NCBI GenBank assembly: GCA_964016885.1
Contig: OZ024747.1
Location: forward strand, 81,840,001 to 81,904,000
DNA from: Eledone cirrhosa
Taxonomy: Eukaryota
Direction of reading: 5' to 3'
DNA length: 64,000 bases
Of the stretch, positions 60,557 to 64,000 are shown in pieces. The notes under the pieces are model-generated. The model was not told the DNA's origin and did not search any database. It was given only the letters and a program-made list of their open reading frames with translations. Numbering within the stretch: the stretch's first letter is position 1; every line of letters begins with the position of its first letter. A program made the position numbers and the translations under genes.

Positions 60557-60570
60557 AAGAGAGAGTACAA
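60375..60570. repeat. (GA)n microsatellite followed by an A-rich low-complexity tract to ~60950
   Basis: Direct reading. Confidence 0.9.
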
Positions 60571-60964
60571 GAAAAAATAAAAACCAAGGAAACGTATATG
60601 AAAAGAAAAAAATGAAAAAATAATAAGTAGAGAGAAAAAAGAAAAAAAAACTAAAAGAAATTTCTAAAAATAATAAAAACAGAGAAAGAAGAATTACAGA
60701 GAAAAAATTAAGAACAACAAATGGAAAAGCCAAGGAATAAAGAAAATAAAGAGACCAAAGTAAAATGAAAAACATAATAAAAGACAATGATAAAAAGATT
60801 AATGAAAGAAGTTAAAGAAAGGTCTGGAGACAATGAATATAACAAAAACAAAACTAAATGAAAGAATGAGAGAAGAATAAAACTGGAAAAGCTAAGGAAG
60901 AATGATGAAAAGCTATATGAGAAAAAAAATCTAAGAAACAATATATCAGTGATATAATATTTGA

Positions 60965-61065
60965 TAAAAGTATTCCAGTCTATGGTTGATATACAAACAG
61001 GAATATGTCATAGGAATTATAGTTACTATGTAGTTTCATATGCTCATTTTTGGTATTTCGCATAT
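60965..61065 (-). ncRNA. 3' half of a hammerhead-like motif (pLTR relic)
   Basis: ATATGC...GCATAT (helix II)-GAAA-CTACATAG-TA; the CUGANGA side is missing next to the microsatellite/RTE junction. Confidence 0.45.
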
Positions 61066-61110
61066 ATAGAGAGAGAGCTAGACATATATATATGTATCTA
61101 TATATATATA

Positions 61111-63543
61111 TAGAGGCGACGGATGAGGTCTGTGGCTGGAGTAAGACCTCAAGCAGGAGGAGAGTGACTTGGTGGTGGAACAATAAGGTAGATGAGGCAG
61201 TTAAGGCCAAGAGACAGGCATGGAAAGAATAGAAGAACGGGGGGAGCAGGGTACATTACATAGAGACCAAGAGGGAAGCTAGGCAACAAGTATACTTAGC
61301 TAGGAGGGAAGCAGAGGATAGAAAATTCAAGCATGTTTTGCAACGTGAGGACCAGAAACAGGTGTTCAAGATTGTGAGGCAGTGTGTCAGAGAGAATTGT
61401 GATGTCATTGGAGAGAAGTGTATCTGGAATGATAAAGGTGAGCTGGCCCTCACAAGTGCTGAGAAGAAAGATGCATGGAAGAGTCATTATGATAGATTAC
61501 TAAATGAGGAGAATGCATGGGAAGAAGAGACCTTATCCCAAGTAGACCCTATAGAGGGGGCCAACAGTACAAGTCAGCAGCAACGTAGTAAGTAAGGCAA
61601 TCAAAGATATGAAGATGGGGAAGGCAACCGGTCCATCGGGTATAGCTGCCGAGATACTGAAGGCATCTGGGTCTGTAGGTCACACTATAACCACACATAT
61701 TGTTAACCAGGTAATACTAGAAGGTGTTATACCAAAAGATTGGTGCAGTAGCATCATTGTCAACTGCTATAAAGGTAAAGGTGATGCACTAGATAGAGGA
61801 AATTATAGAGGTATAAAGCTGATGGACCAGGTCATGAAAGTAACAGAAAGAGTTATAGCACAGTTGGTTAGGGACGGGGTGAAAATATACGAGATGCAAT
61901 TTGGGTTTGTACCAGGAAGAGGCACCACTGATGCCCTCTTCCTTGTCATGCAGTTACAGGAAAAGTACCTAGCTAAAAGTAAGCCACTCTACTTGGCATT
62001 TGTCGACCTTGAGAAAGCCTTTGACAGAGTTCCACGTGCTGTAATCTGGTGCGCTCTTAGAAAACTAGGAGTAGATGAATTGCTTGTGAAAGCGGTACAA
62101 GCCATGTATAGGGGAGCAGTCAGAAAAGTTAGGATTAGCAATGAGTATAGCAAGGAATTTAGCGTACAGGTTGGGGTCCACCAGGGCTCTGTTCTTAGCC
62201 CCCTCCTGTTCATCATAGTCCTGCAGGCAATAACAGAGGAGTTTAAGACCGGATGCCCATGGGAACTCCTGTATGCTGATGACCTCGCACTTATAGCTGA
62301 ATCTATGGTAGAACTAGAGAAGAAATTCCAAACTTGGAAGCAGGGACTAGAAAGAAAGGGTCTCAAAGTCAACATGACAAAGACTAAAGTCCTTGTAAGT
62401 AGACGAGAAAACAGAACCCAGATCCCCTCAGGGAAATGGCCTTGCTCAGTATGTAGGAAAGGTGTAGGTAGGAACTCCATTCTCTGCTCCAAATGCAAAC
62501 AATGGGTACACAAGAGATGTAGCGGGATCTCAGGAAGCTTAATTAAGAATGTAGGCTTCACATGCAGCAGCTGTGCTGGGACAGCAAGCAGCAAACAGCC
62601 ACAGGAAACAAGTACCACCAATCTCTGGGAGGGCTCTGTAGAAACAGTAGACAGCTTCTGCTACCTAGGTGACCGAATTAGCAGTGGAGGTGGGTGTTCA
62701 GAAAGTACAATAACTAGGGTAAAAACGGGATGGGAGAAGTTCAGGGAACTACTACCACTGCTAGCTGCAAAAGGCTTCTCCCTCAAAATAAAAGGCAGAC
62801 TGTATGATGCGTGTATCCGAACAGCGATCTTGCATGGTAGTGAGACCTGGGCGCTGAAGGTGGAAGACTTACGTAGATTAGAGAGAAACGAAGCCTGCAT
62901 GCTCCAATGGATGTGTAACAGTAATATACGTGAACGACAAAGCATAAATGAATTGAGAGAGAGACTGAGCATAAGAGGAATCAAATGCTGTGTGTAGGAG
63001 AGGCGGTTGCGCTGGTATGGACATCTGATGCGTATGAAGGATGACAGCTGCATAAAAAGGTGCAGAGCACTAGAAGTCGATGGAAACCGCGAAGTGGGGA
63101 GATCTAAGATGACCTGGGATGAGGTGATAAAAGCCGACCTTACCCAATTACACCTCTCAAAGGCGATGACACACGACCGTGACCTCTGGCGGGCGTCACG
63201 CAGTAATACAGAGTACCCGACCTCCCATGGGTACAAGCTGAAGCATATAGACAATATGCCCCCACACCCCCCACTGCAAGGTGGTCGTGGAGGTGCCACG
63301 GCAAAAAAGCACCCAGCCCACACTGTAAAGTGGACGTGTAGGCGCCACGAAAAAGCACCCGGCACTCACTGAAAATGAGGTTGGGGTTAGGAAGGGCATC
63401 CAGCTGTAGAAATCAAGCCAAATCAGTTCCTGTATGAGCAAGGCATGGTCAGCCGACCAGACACTGCCCACAACAGGACAACCCATCTAACCCATGCTAG
63501 CGTGAAAGAACAGATGTAAAACAGTGATGATGATGATGATGAT
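61111..63543 (+). mobile_element. 5'-truncated RTE LINE, family 1 (RT + PHD finger)
   Basis: Colinear and highly similar to 3941-6343; ORF 61609-62997 with RT motifs and intact C4HC3; (GAT)n tail. Confidence 0.93.
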
Positions 63544-64000
63544 ATCTATATATATATCTATATATATCTATCTATATATATATATCTATATATATATATC
63601 TATCTATATATATATATCATCTATATATATCTATCTATGTATATATATCATCTATATATATATATCATCTATATATCTATCTATCTATATCTATATATCT
63701 ATCTATCTATATCTATATATCTATCTATCTATGTCTATATATCTATCTATCTATATCTATATATCTATCTATCTATATCTATCTATATATCTATCTATCT
63801 ATATCTATCTATCTATCTATCTATCTATATCTACCTATCTATATATATATATATATATATCTCTATATATATATATCTATATATATATATATCTATATAT
63901 ATCTATATATATCTATATATTTATATATATCTATATCTATCTATATATATATATAAAGAATTAGTATATCTACCAAACATATATATAGAGATGCATACCT

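Overview
AT-rich, repeat-saturated eukaryotic DNA, probably intergenic or deep intronic. The (TA/CA)n load and the SINE/RTE families resemble an octopod cephalopod genome; this is inference from recalled repeat motifs, not a search. No host gene is confidently seen, and most long ORFs in the track are microsatellite artefacts. Real coding sequence is all retroelement: (i) several RTE-clade LINEs, one family with a PHD-type zinc finger inside the RT and another with three C-terminal C2H2 fingers; (ii) three Penelope-like elements (PLEs), two Naiad-type and one Neptune/Nematis-type, with RT and/or GIY-YIG. There are also tRNA-derived SINEs, TTAA/piggyBac-type MITEs, a hAT MITE and a 64-bp mini-Helitron. 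The most striking signal is a set of about 11 full or partial type I hammerhead ribozyme motifs from at least four sequence families. Most have a tiny, often self-complementary helix III, some have core variants (UUGAUAA with a compensatory U3-A8 pair, CCGACGA), and they share a downstream hairpin. They lie in PLE terminal repeats or in stand-alone ORF-less fold-back insertions, including a 338-bp perfect palindrome and a 449-bp-arm inverted repeat with a circularly permuted flank. All folds were assigned by eye; none is experimentally or computationally verified.
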